Source of the DNA: Alkalispirochaeta sp.
GTDB lineage: Bacteria > Spirochaetota > Spirochaetia > DSM-27196 > Alkalispirochaetaceae
Assembly: GCA_965601925.1 (NCBI GenBank)
Contig: OZ271854.1
Location: 320,001-384,000, forward strand
Direction of reading: 5' to 3'
Length of the DNA stretch: 64,000 nt
In this document: in pieces, positions 8,798 through 19,619 of the stretch
Layout: each line of letters begins with the position of its first letter
How positions within the stretch are numbered: the first letter of the stretch is position 1
The notes under the pieces: model-generated
What the model was told of the DNA's origin: nothing
The model's database searches: none
What the model saw: only the letters and a program-made list of their open reading frames with translations
Made by a program: the position numbers and the translations under genes

Positions 8798-11700
8798 CGG
8801 TGCCTCCGAAGGTACACGGTATCTCGTCGCCGACGCGCCGTTCGGCGGTATTCCACCCGGTAACGCGACACGTGAAGCGCTTGGTGCCGACAAAGCCGGT
8901 CGAGTTTCTCAGGACGACGTGCACGTCGCGCTCCTCGCCGGGTAGAAGCGCAAAATAGTTGTCGTCAAAGAGCGGGCGAATGTCTTCGTCACCCCCGTCG
9001 ACGCGCAGGTCCGTCAGGAACGAGATCGTCTCGGTTCTGTTTTCGATACGGAAGAGAATCACACCCTCCCGCTCTGCCGACGGCGGGCGGTGAAAGACCT
9101 CGACGTCCAAATCGACCTCCGGGAGGTCGCGCACGGCGGCCAAGTACGCCCCCCGATTATCCAGCTCGATAACGGCGGTCTGTTCCGACGGTGTCGAGGC
9201 CTCACGGATAAATATCGGCTCCGATATGCCGGTGGCGTGCGCCCCCTTGAGTTGTACCTCAATCGTGTTTTTGCCGCCCCATTCGATGATCCCCGCCGGA
9301 ACGGCGTAGAAACGCTTCATAAGGTTGGGGACGACGATCGGGTCGGCGTTGGGACGGACGCTGTAGTCGTTCCCCGACTTAAGAAGCCCCATCGCGGCGG
9401 CGCCGGACTCCTCCTCCCCCTCCGAGGCTATCAACGCCGCGGCGGAATCTCGAGCGGCCCCGGCCTTCGCGGTATCGGGAACACGCTCGTCGGTGGCGCC
9501 GATCTGCGTACCGTTAAAGAACACAACGTCGTCACCTTCAAATCCCTGACAGAAGAGCTCTATCTCCGTCCCCTCCCACTCCGCCGGAATGGTAATGCGG
9601 CGGCGGTAGAAGACGCGCTCTCCCTCATCGGGGGCACGCTTGGGAAGCGCCCAGTAGGAGGGGAGATTGGCGGTGTTCCACTCGACCTCGTCCACCTCGC
9701 GCCCGACCTGCCAACGCCACGGGCCGTTGAGGTTGAGACAGCGTTCTTTGCGGGTGTAGTGGGAGGTACCGACCCAATAGAGGTTGCGAGCCAAGACTTC
9801 ACCGTCTCGCGCCATTTCGAGGGAGACGAAGAAGACCGACCCCAGATAGTCCGCCGGGACCCTCCAGTCGGTGGTCGTGACGTTGATCGACTCGTTCTCG
9901 CCGAGGACGGCCGATGCGACCTTCTCGTGCAAGAGTTCCATAGAGAGGCTGTAGATACGAACCGCCACCTCGACGCGTCCGATATAGCGGTGCCTGTCGC
10001 TCACCGCAAAGACATCGACCTCGAAAGGCTCGTTCCCGTCGTAGATGTACTTTTCCAAATCCAGAGCCACAAGGAGGTCTCGGCTCGCCCGCTTGTAGAA
10101 GTAAAAGACCGGCTTGGGAACGCCGTACCAGTCGATCATCTCGCGGTGCATCGTCGGCCACGACGCCTGTACCTGCCATTGCATGCACCCGGAGCTCTGC
10201 CATTTGGTAAGGCGGGAGTACTCAATGTTGTGACGGTGGACCAAACCGTGGACGATCTGCCCGGCGTAGATCCAATGCTCTAAGTCGCCGGTCGCGCCGT
10301 ACTCTCGAGCGTCGCGCTCCTGCTCGGCGATGACGGCGTGGTGGTACTCCCATACGTCTTTGATATCGCGGTTGCCGAGAACGGGCCATAGCTTATCCTC
10401 GCCGATAAAGCGCTTCACGCTCTCGAGAACCGGGGTGCTGCGTCCCGTGGCCACCTCCGCACGAAAGAGCGTCTTGCGTTGGTCGCCGTGTAAGATGTCA
10501 CCGCTGTACTTGTTGCTCGTCCGAGTCGGAAACATGAGCAGTCCGCCGTGACGATCCCCCTTATAGGGGCTCCCGCGTCGAAAACTGCGGTCCGGGTCGT
10601 ACTCGGCCACCGCCCCGGCCAACTTGTCCACCAAGTCTTTGTTCTCCGGGCTGTCCGGGTTGTACTCGTTTCCTCCGGACCACATCGCCACCGCGGGATG
10701 GTTGCGTAGGACCTTCACCATATCGACGGCGTTCTCCAGAAAGAGATCATGGGGCATCACCGGATAGTTGGCGCAGGCAAACCAGAACTCCGTCCAGCAG
10801 AGAATCCCCTTACGATTACAGAGGCGGTAAAACGTTTCGGTCTCCTGAATACCGCCGCCCCACACCCTCAACATGTTGAGGTTGGCCGCCTCCACGTGGT
10901 CCAGGTAGTTCGTGTAACGCTCAGGAAGAAAGCGAAAGAGGTTGTCCATCGGCACCCAGTTGGAGCCGCGAATGAACAGGCGTTTTCGATTGACCACGAA
11001 GATCCACGGATAGGGATTCCCGGCGTAGGACCACAGCCGGTTGGACTGACGGCTCGTCTCGATGACGTATAGGTCGTCGGGGTTCTTCTCGAAGGTGATC
11101 TCCCTGACGCCGAACTCGGTCGTCGCGCGATCCGAGCACTCACCGTCGTCGTCGAGAAGCTCAAGGTCCACCGCGTAGAGCGGGTGCTCCCCCATACCGT
11201 TGGGCCACCAGAGCTTGGGGCGTTCAATCGTCGCCGTGAGCTCCACCGTTCGGGTCTCTCCGGCGACGGCGGTGTGGTGAGCGCGTACTTCGATCTCCGT
11301 CTCGGTACGGTCGACCCCGCGGATTCGACCCCGAAGCTGCACATCGACATCGCGGGTCAGCGTAGAGGCCATCGCTACGGCGACGGCGACGCGGGCCGAT
11401 GCGGCCTCCTCGCACTCGTTCCATTCGATCGCCGTGCGTACCTGGGGGTCCGCAAGGGTGATACCGCCGGAGATTTTGAGCGACACACCGCGCCATAACC
11501 CGATCGGCACCATATGGGGTGACCAGTTCCACCAGTAGGTAAAGGGAGCCACCACCCCGGAGCTGCGAACCATGCCCCACTTCACCGTGCCGCCCGGGCG
11601 GTCCTCGTGGGAGCGCTCCAGGGCGCGGGTACGCACGGTAAGCGTGTAGCTCCCGCCCGGCTCCACGTACGAGGTGATGTCGATGACGCGGCGCTTGAAG

Positions 11701-12053
11701 GTGCCTTGAAAGGTTCCCACGGTAATCCCGTCCAGCCACACCTCGGCCTTATACGTAATGCCGTCCAACAACAGCTCGTATCGCCGGCCGGTGGAATCCG
11801 AAGGAATCTCGAGGGTGCGGCGGTACCACCACTCCTTCTCCTCGACCCAGAGGATCTTCTCGTTGTTCTTCTCCCAGTACGGGTCCTCGATGCGCCCCGC
11901 CTCCAAAAGGTGATTCTGTACGATCCCCGGCACCTGGGCGGGAATCGCGTCGGCGGGGCGATATTCCGGGCGGTAGGCGCCGGCGGCGAGACCCTCGTCG
12001 AGGGAGAGTCCCTCCAACGACCATTCGCCGTTGAGGCTGATGATCTTTTGCAT
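8790..12053 (-). CDS. Glycoside hydrolase family 2 (beta-mannosidase/exo-beta-glucosaminidase-like)
   Basis: LWWPNGMGE, IRGSNWVP, NMLRVWGGG, LRNHP and WSGGNE motifs; C-terminal Ig-like DNYF.LLPGE. Confidence 0.9.
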   Translation of the reverse strand: MQKIISLNGEWSLEGLSLDEGLAAGAYRPEYRPADAIPAQVPGIVQNHLLEAGRIEDPYWEKNNEKILWVEEKEWWYRRTLEIPSDSTGRRYELLLDGITYKAEVWLDGITVGTFQGTFKRRVIDITSYVEPGGSYTLTVRTRALERSHEDRPGGTVKWGMVRSSGVVAPFTYWWNWSPHMVPIGLWRGVSLKISGGITLADPQVRTAIEWNECEEAASARVAVAVAMASTLTRDVDVQLRGRIRGVDRTETEIEVRAHHTAVAGETRTVELTATIERPKLWWPNGMGEHPLYAVDLELLDDDGECSDRATTEFGVREITFEKNPDDLYVIETSRQSNRLWSYAGNPYPWIFVVNRKRLFIRGSNWVPMDNLFRFLPERYTNYLDHVEAANLNMLRVWGGGIQETETFYRLCNRKGILCWTEFWFACANYPVMPHDLFLENAVDMVKVLRNHPAVAMWSGGNEYNPDSPENKDLVDKLAGAVAEYDPDRSFRRGSPYKGDRHGGLLMFPTRTSNKYSGDILHGDQRKTLFRAEVATGRSTPVLESVKRFIGEDKLWPVLGNRDIKDVWEYHHAVIAEQERDAREYGATGDLEHWIYAGQIVHGLVHRHNIEYSRLTKWQSSGCMQWQVQASWPTMHREMIDWYGVPKPVFYFYKRASRDLLVALDLEKYIYDGNEPFEVDVFAVSDRHRYIGRVEVAVRIYSLSMELLHEKVASAVLGENESINVTTTDWRVPADYLGSVFFVSLEMARDGEVLARNLYWVGTSHYTRKERCLNLNGPWRWQVGREVDEVEWNTANLPSYWALPKRAPDEGERVFYRRRITIPAEWEGTEIELFCQGFEGDDVVFFNGTQIGATDERVPDTAKAGAARDSAAALIASEGEEESGAAAMGLLKSGNDYSVRPNADPIVVPNLMKRFYAVPAGIIEWGGKNTIEVQLKGAHATGISEPIFIREASTPSEQTAVIELDNRGAYLAAVRDLPEVDLDVEVFHRPPSAEREGVILFRIENRTETISFLTDLRVDGGDEDIRPLFDDNYFALLPGEERDVHVVLRNSTGFVGTKRFTCRVTGWNTAERRVGDEIPCTFGGTDE

Positions 12054-12061
12054 GAATACTC

Positions 12062-15055
12062 CTATCGTTGCGCTGGATTGATGATGATGTCGTGCCGACC
12101 GGTACGATCGTTGTACCTCAAAGGCCGTGGTTCGCCGTCGACGGTCACGGTTCGCTCCCCGAGACCCGCCAACGAAATCTGCATACGCGCCGAGCCTTCG
12201 TTCACCAACTCGACGGTTCGTGCGTCCATAGCGAAGTGAAATAGTGTTCCCGGCTGCCGGAGACCGGCGAGCCCGGGGCCGAAGGTCACGTCCAGGCCGT
12301 ACCCCCGGAGATAGCTCGCCCCGACGGCGGCGATATCGCGCACCTCGCCGTCCTGCAAACGTACGACGAGCACCGTCGCATCGGTCTCCCAGCCGTCGAA
12401 CACGCGATCGGCCGGGGGGCCGTAAAACGACGCAACGACCTCACTCTCCATACCGCGCACCAGCCGCAGGGCGACCCCGGTCTCGTCGGCGAGCAGGGTG
12501 CTCGTTCGATAGCCCTCCGCCGACTCGGCGGGGACGTAGAGAATGGGATACGCGGCGCGCTCGGCAGTCTTTCTCAGGGCTATCGCGTCCAGGGGGCTTG
12601 CGGCGATCTCATCGCCCGTTTCCGCCGCGACCGGTACGCGCGCGGCGATGAACTCCGTCGGATTACCGTCGGCGACGTAGTGCATCGCGGCGTATCGGCC
12701 GTCGGACAACTCGTAGCCGAACGCCGCATCGCCGGCGATCGCTCCACCCCGCGGATCGTTCCAGTACTCGAATCCGCCGGTCTGCGGAAGCGCTATCGGC
12801 GACAGCGCGATGTCGGTCATCAAGCGGCCGTCGCCCCGGTAGACCCACAGGAGGTCACCGGGCTCCGACGACTCGCTCGTGGTAACATCCAACAGGTACC
12901 ACGTCCCCATGATCAACGTCCGCGACATCTCCGTGTCGGCGTACGCCTCGTCCTCCACCATGCGGACCGCCTGATAGCGCGGTCCGGCGGTGAAGATCGT
13001 CGTCTCCGACGCGTCGACATAGCGCTGAAACTCGTAGTTCCTCACCAGTGTGTTGTGCGCCGAGGTGGACTTGAAGTAGGCGTCCTGCGCGGGGTTGCGA
13101 TACTTAATGGACCCGGAGTCGGGGGCGAGGATCGTGTTACCTGCGTGGAGCGTGATCGACAGCTTGTCGTAGTGGCTGTGCCCGCCGGAGTACGGCCGAC
13201 CGTTCATCGTGGCAAAGAGGTCGCCGGAACGCAGGACGGCGAGAGAACCTCCAAGGAGCACGCTGCCGATACCGGTCTCCCCCGGATTCGGTAGATCCTC
13301 CTCTCCATACAGGAGCGCTTGCCACGTCGAGCGGTCGCTGCCGCGAAGCGCCTCTACCAACGACGGGTCGCCCAGTCTGTGGTACGCGATCTCAAGAAAT
13401 CGGGAGCGTTCGTCTAAGGTGATGTCCACCCGTCGGCCGTCGTTGATGACCGGAAGTTGCCCCGCCGCGTTGGCGTAGAGTCCGGGAAAGCGAAAGTAAC
13501 GCTGCAACGCCTCGTTACGGTACAGATCGATACCGCTGAATGCCGCGGCCTCGGCCAGGCTTACCAGGGGGTCCATCGTGTAAAACTGGTAGTGACCCGA
13601 ACCCTCGTACCACATACCGTCGTCGGTGATACTGGCGCGCATCTGAAAAAGGAAGCCGTTGTCCGGCCCGTAGAGAGCGTACTTCACGTAGTCTTCGTCG
13701 CGGAGCAAAAAACCGATGACGCCTACCCCGGCGTTGTACCACGCCTGGTGGTTATGTTTGCCCTCGTTGTTCACCATGATGAGGTCCGCGGCGGGACGAA
13801 AGAGGTGCGCCTCCACCATTGCCCGTTCACGCCGAGAGAAGAGATCGTAGGCGGTATCGTATGCGTGAGCCAAAGGAATGATCCATTTCGCCTCGTTAAT
13901 CGACTGGGCGGTCGCCCTTCCGCCCGTGGTAGCCTCGGCGCCGGTATTGCCGAACTTATCGTGGAGTTCGTACTCCGGGTACACAGCGGCGTATTGCAAC
14001 ACGATATCCTTGGCCGCCTCGCCGAACGACTCGTCCCCGGTCATCCGATATACGATGCCGTTGTACGCCGCGCCGCGGGAAAGGCGATAGTGTTCCGCGG
14101 TGATCGCGTATGCGGCGGGATCGCTCTCGTCGTGGTAGAAGCCGCCGCCGGTAGCAGGCACCGTGGGGCGTTCGTCCCGTACCGCAACGGCGGCCCGTCT
14201 GAGCGAAGCAAAGGCGCGTTCCGCCCATGGGAGGCGTTGCGCCTTCTCCAGCGCCGTTCGATACAAGTCGTCGTTCCCGAAAAGGAAGGGGTGCGGGGCG
14301 TCGGGAAACTCGATCGCGAGGTCCGCAAGCGGATCGGGCGCAATCGAGTCGCTCGTGATGTTCAGATCGTCAAGATGGAGCACCGTATCGATTAGGGCGG
14401 TATGCCCCCATCCGGTCGCGGCGATCTTGATGTAGTCGATCCGGTGCCACCCTACGGGGCTCCGAGTCGGCGTAAAGGTGTCGAAGGGAATCTCGATGAG
14501 CTTCCACCCCTCCCAATCCACCACGATCTCCTTGTTATAGTAGTCGTCCTGGGGAGAGTCCACGTCTTCGGAGTAGAGTACCAGCTCGATGGCGGCGTAG
14601 TTCGCAACCTCGGAGTACGCCCAAAACGAGAGAAACTCGTAATCGGACCAGTCGTGCGGAATCGCATCGGTGACGATGCGCGAGCTCTCCGGTGTAGAGA
14701 ACCATCGCAGTGATTGTGCGCCCGCGTGGACGCGCTCGTCGGAGAACTCGTGACCGGTCGCGTAGCGGTACCAATGGCCGTCGTACGGTATATGTACCGC
14801 GCCCAAGTTGTAATATCCCTCGGGGCCCGCCTCCCCCGGATCGAGTATGATGCGTTCGATATTGTCGTACCCGATCCACATCGCCTCGGCATCTTCGAAT
14901 CCGCTCAACGGTTGGATTCGCACTCCATTGTGCTCGTACGGAGCATTGCCCGCCTGTGATGCAACCGATCCGTCGGTCTCCGACGGACCACCGACACACC
15001 CCGAGAGGTAGAATGCTCCCATGAGCGCGATCATCGCTGAAAGAGTTCTCTTCAT
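12062..15055 (-). CDS. Lipoprotein oligo-alginate-lyase-like enzyme (N-terminal CBM-like domain, alginate lyase domain, heparinase II/III domain; PL17-like)
   Basis: Lipobox YLSGC after MKRTLS (start 15055); QSINE, HNHQAW, WYEGSGHYQFY, GHSHYDKLS and AHNTL motifs. Confidence 0.8.
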   Translation of the reverse strand: MKRTLSAMIALMGAFYLSGCVGGPSETDGSVASQAGNAPYEHNGVRIQPLSGFEDAEAMWIGYDNIERIILDPGEAGPEGYYNLGAVHIPYDGHWYRYATGHEFSDERVHAGAQSLRWFSTPESSRIVTDAIPHDWSDYEFLSFWAYSEVANYAAIELVLYSEDVDSPQDDYYNKEIVVDWEGWKLIEIPFDTFTPTRSPVGWHRIDYIKIAATGWGHTALIDTVLHLDDLNITSDSIAPDPLADLAIEFPDAPHPFLFGNDDLYRTALEKAQRLPWAERAFASLRRAAVAVRDERPTVPATGGGFYHDESDPAAYAITAEHYRLSRGAAYNGIVYRMTGDESFGEAAKDIVLQYAAVYPEYELHDKFGNTGAEATTGGRATAQSINEAKWIIPLAHAYDTAYDLFSRRERAMVEAHLFRPAADLIMVNNEGKHNHQAWYNAGVGVIGFLLRDEDYVKYALYGPDNGFLFQMRASITDDGMWYEGSGHYQFYTMDPLVSLAEAAAFSGIDLYRNEALQRYFRFPGLYANAAGQLPVINDGRRVDITLDERSRFLEIAYHRLGDPSLVEALRGSDRSTWQALLYGEEDLPNPGETGIGSVLLGGSLAVLRSGDLFATMNGRPYSGGHSHYDKLSITLHAGNTILAPDSGSIKYRNPAQDAYFKSTSAHNTLVRNYEFQRYVDASETTIFTAGPRYQAVRMVEDEAYADTEMSRTLIMGTWYLLDVTTSESSEPGDLLWVYRGDGRLMTDIALSPIALPQTGGFEYWNDPRGGAIAGDAAFGYELSDGRYAAMHYVADGNPTEFIAARVPVAAETGDEIAASPLDAIALRKTAERAAYPILYVPAESAEGYRTSTLLADETGVALRLVRGMESEVVASFYGPPADRVFDGWETDATVLVVRLQDGEVRDIAAVGASYLRGYGLDVTFGPGLAGLRQPGTLFHFAMDARTVELVNEGSARMQISLAGLGERTVTVDGEPRPLRYNDRTGRHDIIINPAQR

Positions 15056-15219
15056 CGTTTGACCCTCTTTACCATTGATTCTGCGGAAGGGCTCGACCGC
15101 CGACGCGGGACGAAAAAGAGCGCGTACGAGCAAAAGCGGGCCGCGGCCGAAGCGCCCATCCGGCGCCGGTATAGCATCCTCGGCGCCGAACGGCCCGGGC
15201 ACCCTCGCGGAGCCGTGTA

Positions 15220-15244
15220 CTCCCTTACACCTCTCGTAAGGGAG
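15220..15244. other. Intra-operonic stem-loop downstream of the solute-binding protein gene
   Basis: CTCCCTTAC-ACCTCTC-GTAAGGGAG perfect 9-bp stem, without a U-tract. Confidence 0.6.
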
Positions 15245-15278
15245 CGGCCCTCGGTGACACCCGGGTTTCTTATGTCAT

Positions 15279-16598
15279 TTATCGCGACGAGGCGAGGATC
15301 TCCTCGATCTGCTCCGAGGCGCGCCGGACCGCCTCTTCGGCGCTTACGAATCCCATGTGCGCCTGCTCAAGTTCGGCCCGGTGAACCGAGTTGATCCGCT
15401 CGAAAATCACATTGATCGGGTCGTACATGCTGAACTGGTTGTCGTTTCCGAAGAAGAACGCATCTTTGTTCAGGCTCAAACCGCCGGTCAGACTCTGATC
15501 GGGACTGATAAAGCGTTCGCTCTCCGCCATGGAGATAATCGCCGGGAGCATTTGCTGCCGATCAAGGAGCATATCGACACCTGCGGAACCGGGTCCCGCG
15601 AGAAACTGGATGAACCGAAACGCCTCATCGGGGTGTTCGGAGGCCGACGAGAGGGCGAAGGCCGATCCGTCGCCGCGGTTGTAGGGAATGCCGGAGCGCC
15701 CGAGGGGCAGGTCCGCCAAGTCCCACTCAAAATCCGAGATATTGCTGATGTAGCGCGGCATGTTCCAGGAGCCGATCATAATCATCGCCGCCCTGCCGGC
15801 CATGAAGTAGTCCCGAATCTGCTGCACCTCGGCGGGGTCGGGAGCGATGCCGTGGACGAGCCACATGTCGTAATACTCCTGCAGCGCTCTGGTACTCTCC
15901 GGTCGGGTCATCAGGTACTCGGTCGGCTCAAAGTAGTTGTCGAATACGCCCTGATCGGTCTGCGATTTGAGATACACCGGCCAGTAGTCGGGCCGTAGGT
16001 GAATCCCGTACTGGTCGACGATACCGTCACCGTCAAAATCCTCGACAAAGTTGCGGCTGGTCTCGATGAGGTCGTCCCACGTCCACCCCTCTTCGGGATA
16101 CGGCACGCCGTACTCGTCGAACATATCCTTGTTGTAGAAGATGACGAGGGCCGCGGCGTCGAGAGGAAGCCCGTAGATGCTCTCATCGATGGTGTAGAAA
16201 TCGAGTACGTTCTGATAGTACTCGCCTCGGTCGATACCGGCGGCGTCCATATAGTCGTTCAAGGGAGTGAGGGCGCCGCGAGTCGCAAAAGTCGAGACGT
16301 AGTGCGGCCCGAGGTAGGTCACGTCCGGCGTCTCGCCCCCGGCGACCAAGGTGTTGAGCTTGGTGTAATAGTCGACGCCGCGCCCGATATTCTCGAACTC
16401 GATTCTAATATCGGGGTTGGCCGCTTCGAACTCGGCGATGAGCGGCATGGCGACCTCCTCGACCCGCGAGTTGTCCCACCGCATAAACCAGCTGATGGTA
16501 ACGGGCCCATCGCTTTGCGCCTCTCCTTGACCGGCGGCAAACAGCACCGCAGGAACCAACAGTAACACTACGCCTATCCATAAAAACGATCGCTTCAT
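15279..16598 (-). CDS. Carbohydrate ABC transporter substrate-binding protein (family 1)
   Basis: Signal peptide ending AAGQGE; FEAANPDI, YGLP and IFYNKDMFD motifs. Confidence 0.92.
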   Translation of the reverse strand: MKRSFLWIGVVLLLVPAVLFAAGQGEAQSDGPVTISWFMRWDNSRVEEVAMPLIAEFEAANPDIRIEFENIGRGVDYYTKLNTLVAGGETPDVTYLGPHYVSTFATRGALTPLNDYMDAAGIDRGEYYQNVLDFYTIDESIYGLPLDAAALVIFYNKDMFDEYGVPYPEEGWTWDDLIETSRNFVEDFDGDGIVDQYGIHLRPDYWPVYLKSQTDQGVFDNYFEPTEYLMTRPESTRALQEYYDMWLVHGIAPDPAEVQQIRDYFMAGRAAMIMIGSWNMPRYISNISDFEWDLADLPLGRSGIPYNRGDGSAFALSSASEHPDEAFRFIQFLAGPGSAGVDMLLDRQQMLPAIISMAESERFISPDQSLTGGLSLNKDAFFFGNDNQFSMYDPINVIFERINSVHRAELEQAHMGFVSAEEAVRRASEQIEEILASSR

Positions 16599-16655
16599 GG
16601 ATTCCTCCTTAAAAGGGTGGTTTTTCTCGAGCCGGAACCCGGCCCGCAGACGGCA

Positions 16656-17504
16656 CTATTGTTTAAGGCCGGTGTGCACCACCGCGCCTTCCAGGAAATA
16701 CTTCTGACCGAGGAAAAAGATGATCAGGGGCGGCACCAGGGCCAGCATGCTGGCGGCCATCATCCAATGCCACTCGACATCCATACCGTTGTAAAAACCC
16801 AATATTCCGAGGGAGATCGTGTAGAGTCGCGAGCTCGATATGTAAATGAGGGGCGAGAAGAAGTCCCTCCAGACTTGGATAAAGGTAAAGACCCCTACGA
16901 TGCCGATCACCGACTTCGACAGCGGCAAAATGACTCGGTAGTAGATACCGAACCAGTTGCACCCGTCGATCTTCGCCGCGTCGTCCAACTGCAGCGGGAT
17001 GGTCATGTAGAACTGGCGGAAGAGGAATATTCCGAACGCCTCGCCGCCGAGAAAGGCCGGTACGATTAACGGCAAATGCGACTGTAGCCACCCGAACGTC
17101 CGAAAGAGGACGAACCGCGGAATAATGAGCACTTGCAGGGGGATCATGGTCGTCGAGATAACGAGTATGAACAGGGGCGCCTTGAACCGAAAGTTCATCC
17201 GTGCAAAGGCGAACGCCACGAGGCTGCAGCTGAACAGGGTTCCTACGATATTCAGGAACGTAATCTTTAACGTATTGAAGTAGTACAGCCCGAAGGGGAT
17301 CTGCGTCATGACGTGTGTGTAGTTCTCGAAGCGCGGGGGATTCGGAATCCACTTCTTGGGAATCTGGTATATCTCCTCCACGTTCAACAAGCTCGTGGAG
17401 ATCGTCCAGAGAAAGGGAATGAGGATCATTACGCTCCCGAGGACCAAGAGCAGATTGAGTACAACGCCTTGAATATGGCGCGTGGTTCGTCCGTTTAGTT
17501 CCAT
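16656..17504 (-). CDS. Carbohydrate ABC transporter permease (MalG-like)
   Basis: EAA loop LDDAAKIDG; multiple TM helices. Confidence 0.92.
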   Translation of the reverse strand: MELNGRTTRHIQGVVLNLLLVLGSVMILIPFLWTISTSLLNVEEIYQIPKKWIPNPPRFENYTHVMTQIPFGLYYFNTLKITFLNIVGTLFSCSLVAFAFARMNFRFKAPLFILVISTTMIPLQVLIIPRFVLFRTFGWLQSHLPLIVPAFLGGEAFGIFLFRQFYMTIPLQLDDAAKIDGCNWFGIYYRVILPLSKSVIGIVGVFTFIQVWRDFFSPLIYISSSRLYTISLGILGFYNGMDVEWHWMMAASMLALVPPLIIFFLGQKYFLEGAVVHTGLKQ

Positions 17505-17516
17505 GGGAGGCTCCTT

Positions 17517-18440
17517 TTACTTCTTCGCCTCGTAGTAGACCCACTTATTGGAACTACGAAAGACCGCAAGGGTGAACAGTAGGGTGACGATGAACAGTAC
17601 CCACGCCAGGGCGGAGGCGTATCCCATTTCGTAAAACCGGAAGGCGTTCTCGTAGAGATAGTAGACGTAGAAGAGCGAGGCGTTACGCGGCCCTCCTTGG
17701 GTCATGACGAAGGCTTGGGTAAACATCCTGAACGACTCAATGAGCATCATGACCAGCTGATAGAAGATCACCGGTGAGAGCATGGGGAGCTTGATTCTGA
17801 AAAAGGTCTGCCACCCGTTGGCGCCGTCGATCCCCGCCGACTCCAAGAGTTGCTTGGGAATGCTGTTAAGGCCCGCTAAGTAAACCAACATGTTCTTTCC
17901 CATGAGCGTCCAGACGGCCATCATGAGAAACGAGGGCAACACCAACCGCTCGTCCTGAAGCCACAGGAGTCCCGGCAAACCGAAAAACCGCAGTACGCCG
18001 TTGAGAACGCCGTCTTGGGGTGAGAAGATCCACGACCACATAAGCGATACGGCAACGGGAGGAAGTACCGCCGGCATGTAATACAGGACTCGCCATCCGC
18101 TTTTGAGCTTCACAAGCTTGGAGTTGAGTATCATCGCCAAGCCGAGGCCGAAGACGAGTCCGGTCGGAACGCGCATGAGGGCGTATGTGATCGTCACTTT
18201 CAGGGACTGCCAGAACAGCCGATCCCGCATCATCCTGGAAAAGTTCTGCATGCCCACCCACCGGGGCTCGGTCAACAGATCCCAGTCGGTCAAGGCGTAG
18301 TAGATCGAGGCGAACAACGGAAAGGCGATCAGTACCGCAAATCCGATAAGCCACGGAGAGAGAAAGCAGAACGCGTACAGGCTCTCCTGACGCCGCATGG
18401 GACTACGCTTACCGACTTGATGCTCAATATGGGAACTCAT
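17517..18440 (-). CDS. Carbohydrate ABC transporter permease (MalF-like)
   Basis: ESAGIDGA EAA loop, MTQGGP, MGYASA. Confidence 0.92.
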   Translation of the reverse strand: MSSHIEHQVGKRSPMRRQESLYAFCFLSPWLIGFAVLIAFPLFASIYYALTDWDLLTEPRWVGMQNFSRMMRDRLFWQSLKVTITYALMRVPTGLVFGLGLAMILNSKLVKLKSGWRVLYYMPAVLPPVAVSLMWSWIFSPQDGVLNGVLRFFGLPGLLWLQDERLVLPSFLMMAVWTLMGKNMLVYLAGLNSIPKQLLESAGIDGANGWQTFFRIKLPMLSPVIFYQLVMMLIESFRMFTQAFVMTQGGPRNASLFYVYYLYENAFRFYEMGYASALAWVLFIVTLLFTLAVFRSSNKWVYYEAKK

Positions 18441-18446
18441 GGGTCG

Positions 18447-19499
18447 TTACGCTCCTTTTTTTCGTTCCGACGACTCGCGCAGGATGAGCCACGCGTCGAC
18501 TACGGCAAGGCTCGGCTCGCTACGTCGGAAGAAGACTCCTTCCAACAGATGTACGATGGTGGAACACGCCTCGAACTGGTCGTAGGCGATGGTGGAGAGC
18601 GGAATACCGCTGTGTCGTCCGGCGATAGAGTTGTCGTAACCGAAGACCGCCAGTTCGTCGGGGACGACGACGCCCGTACCTTCCAAGGACTGAATGAAGG
18701 CGATGGCGAGGCTATCGTGGGGCAAAAACGCGGCGTCGGAGGCGCGGATCACATCCAAACTCTCCGAAGATATCCGGCGCGCCCTCAGATCCGCCTCGGG
18801 AATGACTAAACGCTCAACGGTACCGCCGACACTGTCGACGGCCCTTCGATACGACGCCTCGCGGACATCGTAGACTTCTTTGTTATAGTCGTTTACCACG
18901 TACAGAAAGCGCGTGAATCCGGCATCCGCCATGTGCTCGGCCATCGTACGGACGGCGTCGTCGCTGATTACCACGGCGCTGATGCCGTACTCGCGATAAT
19001 CGCGGTTAAAGGCGACGCACGGTATCCCGGCCGCCTTGATCTCGGCCAAATCCTCGGGCTCCGCCCCACCGACGAGTACCATGCCGTCCAGGTTCGGGAG
19101 GTAGGTACGAAAGTCCATGCCGTCGGCGCGACTGATCACATTCCATGTAAATCCGGCCTGGGTAAGACGGTGTTGAAGGTTGAAGGCGATCTTCGCCAAC
19201 ACCCGATCGGCGTCGGCAATCGTACGTATCGGTGAATCGAAGAGGACTCCGATGCGGAACTCACTACTCTCCTTGAGCCTGTCCAAGTCCACATCTTCCA
19301 CGACGTACGCCCCGTATCCCGGTTTGCGATCCAGCGTCGCCTCGGAGACGAGAATCGAAATGGCCTTGTTGATCGTTTGAACGCTCACGCCGAAATAGTT
19401 CGCCAGCTCCTTTTCACTGGGCATCTTTTTACCCGGGGCGTACGCGCCGGTGGCGATACGCTTATTCAAAGAGCTTGCTATCTGTCGGTATTTCTCCAT
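18447..19499 (-). CDS. GntR-HTH / LacI-type sugar-binding transcriptional regulator (AraR-like)
   Basis: MEKYRQI...MPSEKELA...GYGAYV HTH; C-terminal VPDELAVFGYDN. Confidence 0.85.
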   Translation of the reverse strand: MEKYRQIASSLNKRIATGAYAPGKKMPSEKELANYFGVSVQTINKAISILVSEATLDRKPGYGAYVVEDVDLDRLKESSEFRIGVLFDSPIRTIADADRVLAKIAFNLQHRLTQAGFTWNVISRADGMDFRTYLPNLDGMVLVGGAEPEDLAEIKAAGIPCVAFNRDYREYGISAVVISDDAVRTMAEHMADAGFTRFLYVVNDYNKEVYDVREASYRRAVDSVGGTVERLVIPEADLRARRISSESLDVIRASDAAFLPHDSLAIAFIQSLEGTGVVVPDELAVFGYDNSIAGRHSGIPLSTIAYDQFEACSTIVHLLEGVFFRRSEPSLAVVDAWLILRESSERKKGA

Positions 19500-19513
19500 C
19501 GACCCATCCTTTG

Positions 19514-19550
19514 ACCCATACACCATTATCATTGTTTTTTAGTGTATGGT
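19514..19550. promoter_or_regulatory. Candidate operator (inverted repeat CCATACAC-N18-GTGTATGG)
   Basis: Perfect 8-bp inverted repeat; the 11-mer ACCCATACACC recurs at 21447. Confidence 0.55.
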
Positions 19551-19619
19551 ATGTGGTACTTTTGCATCTGTCAACGTTTTTCTTGCCCCCGCTTCCGCAC
19601 CTACTCTATGATGTGATGC

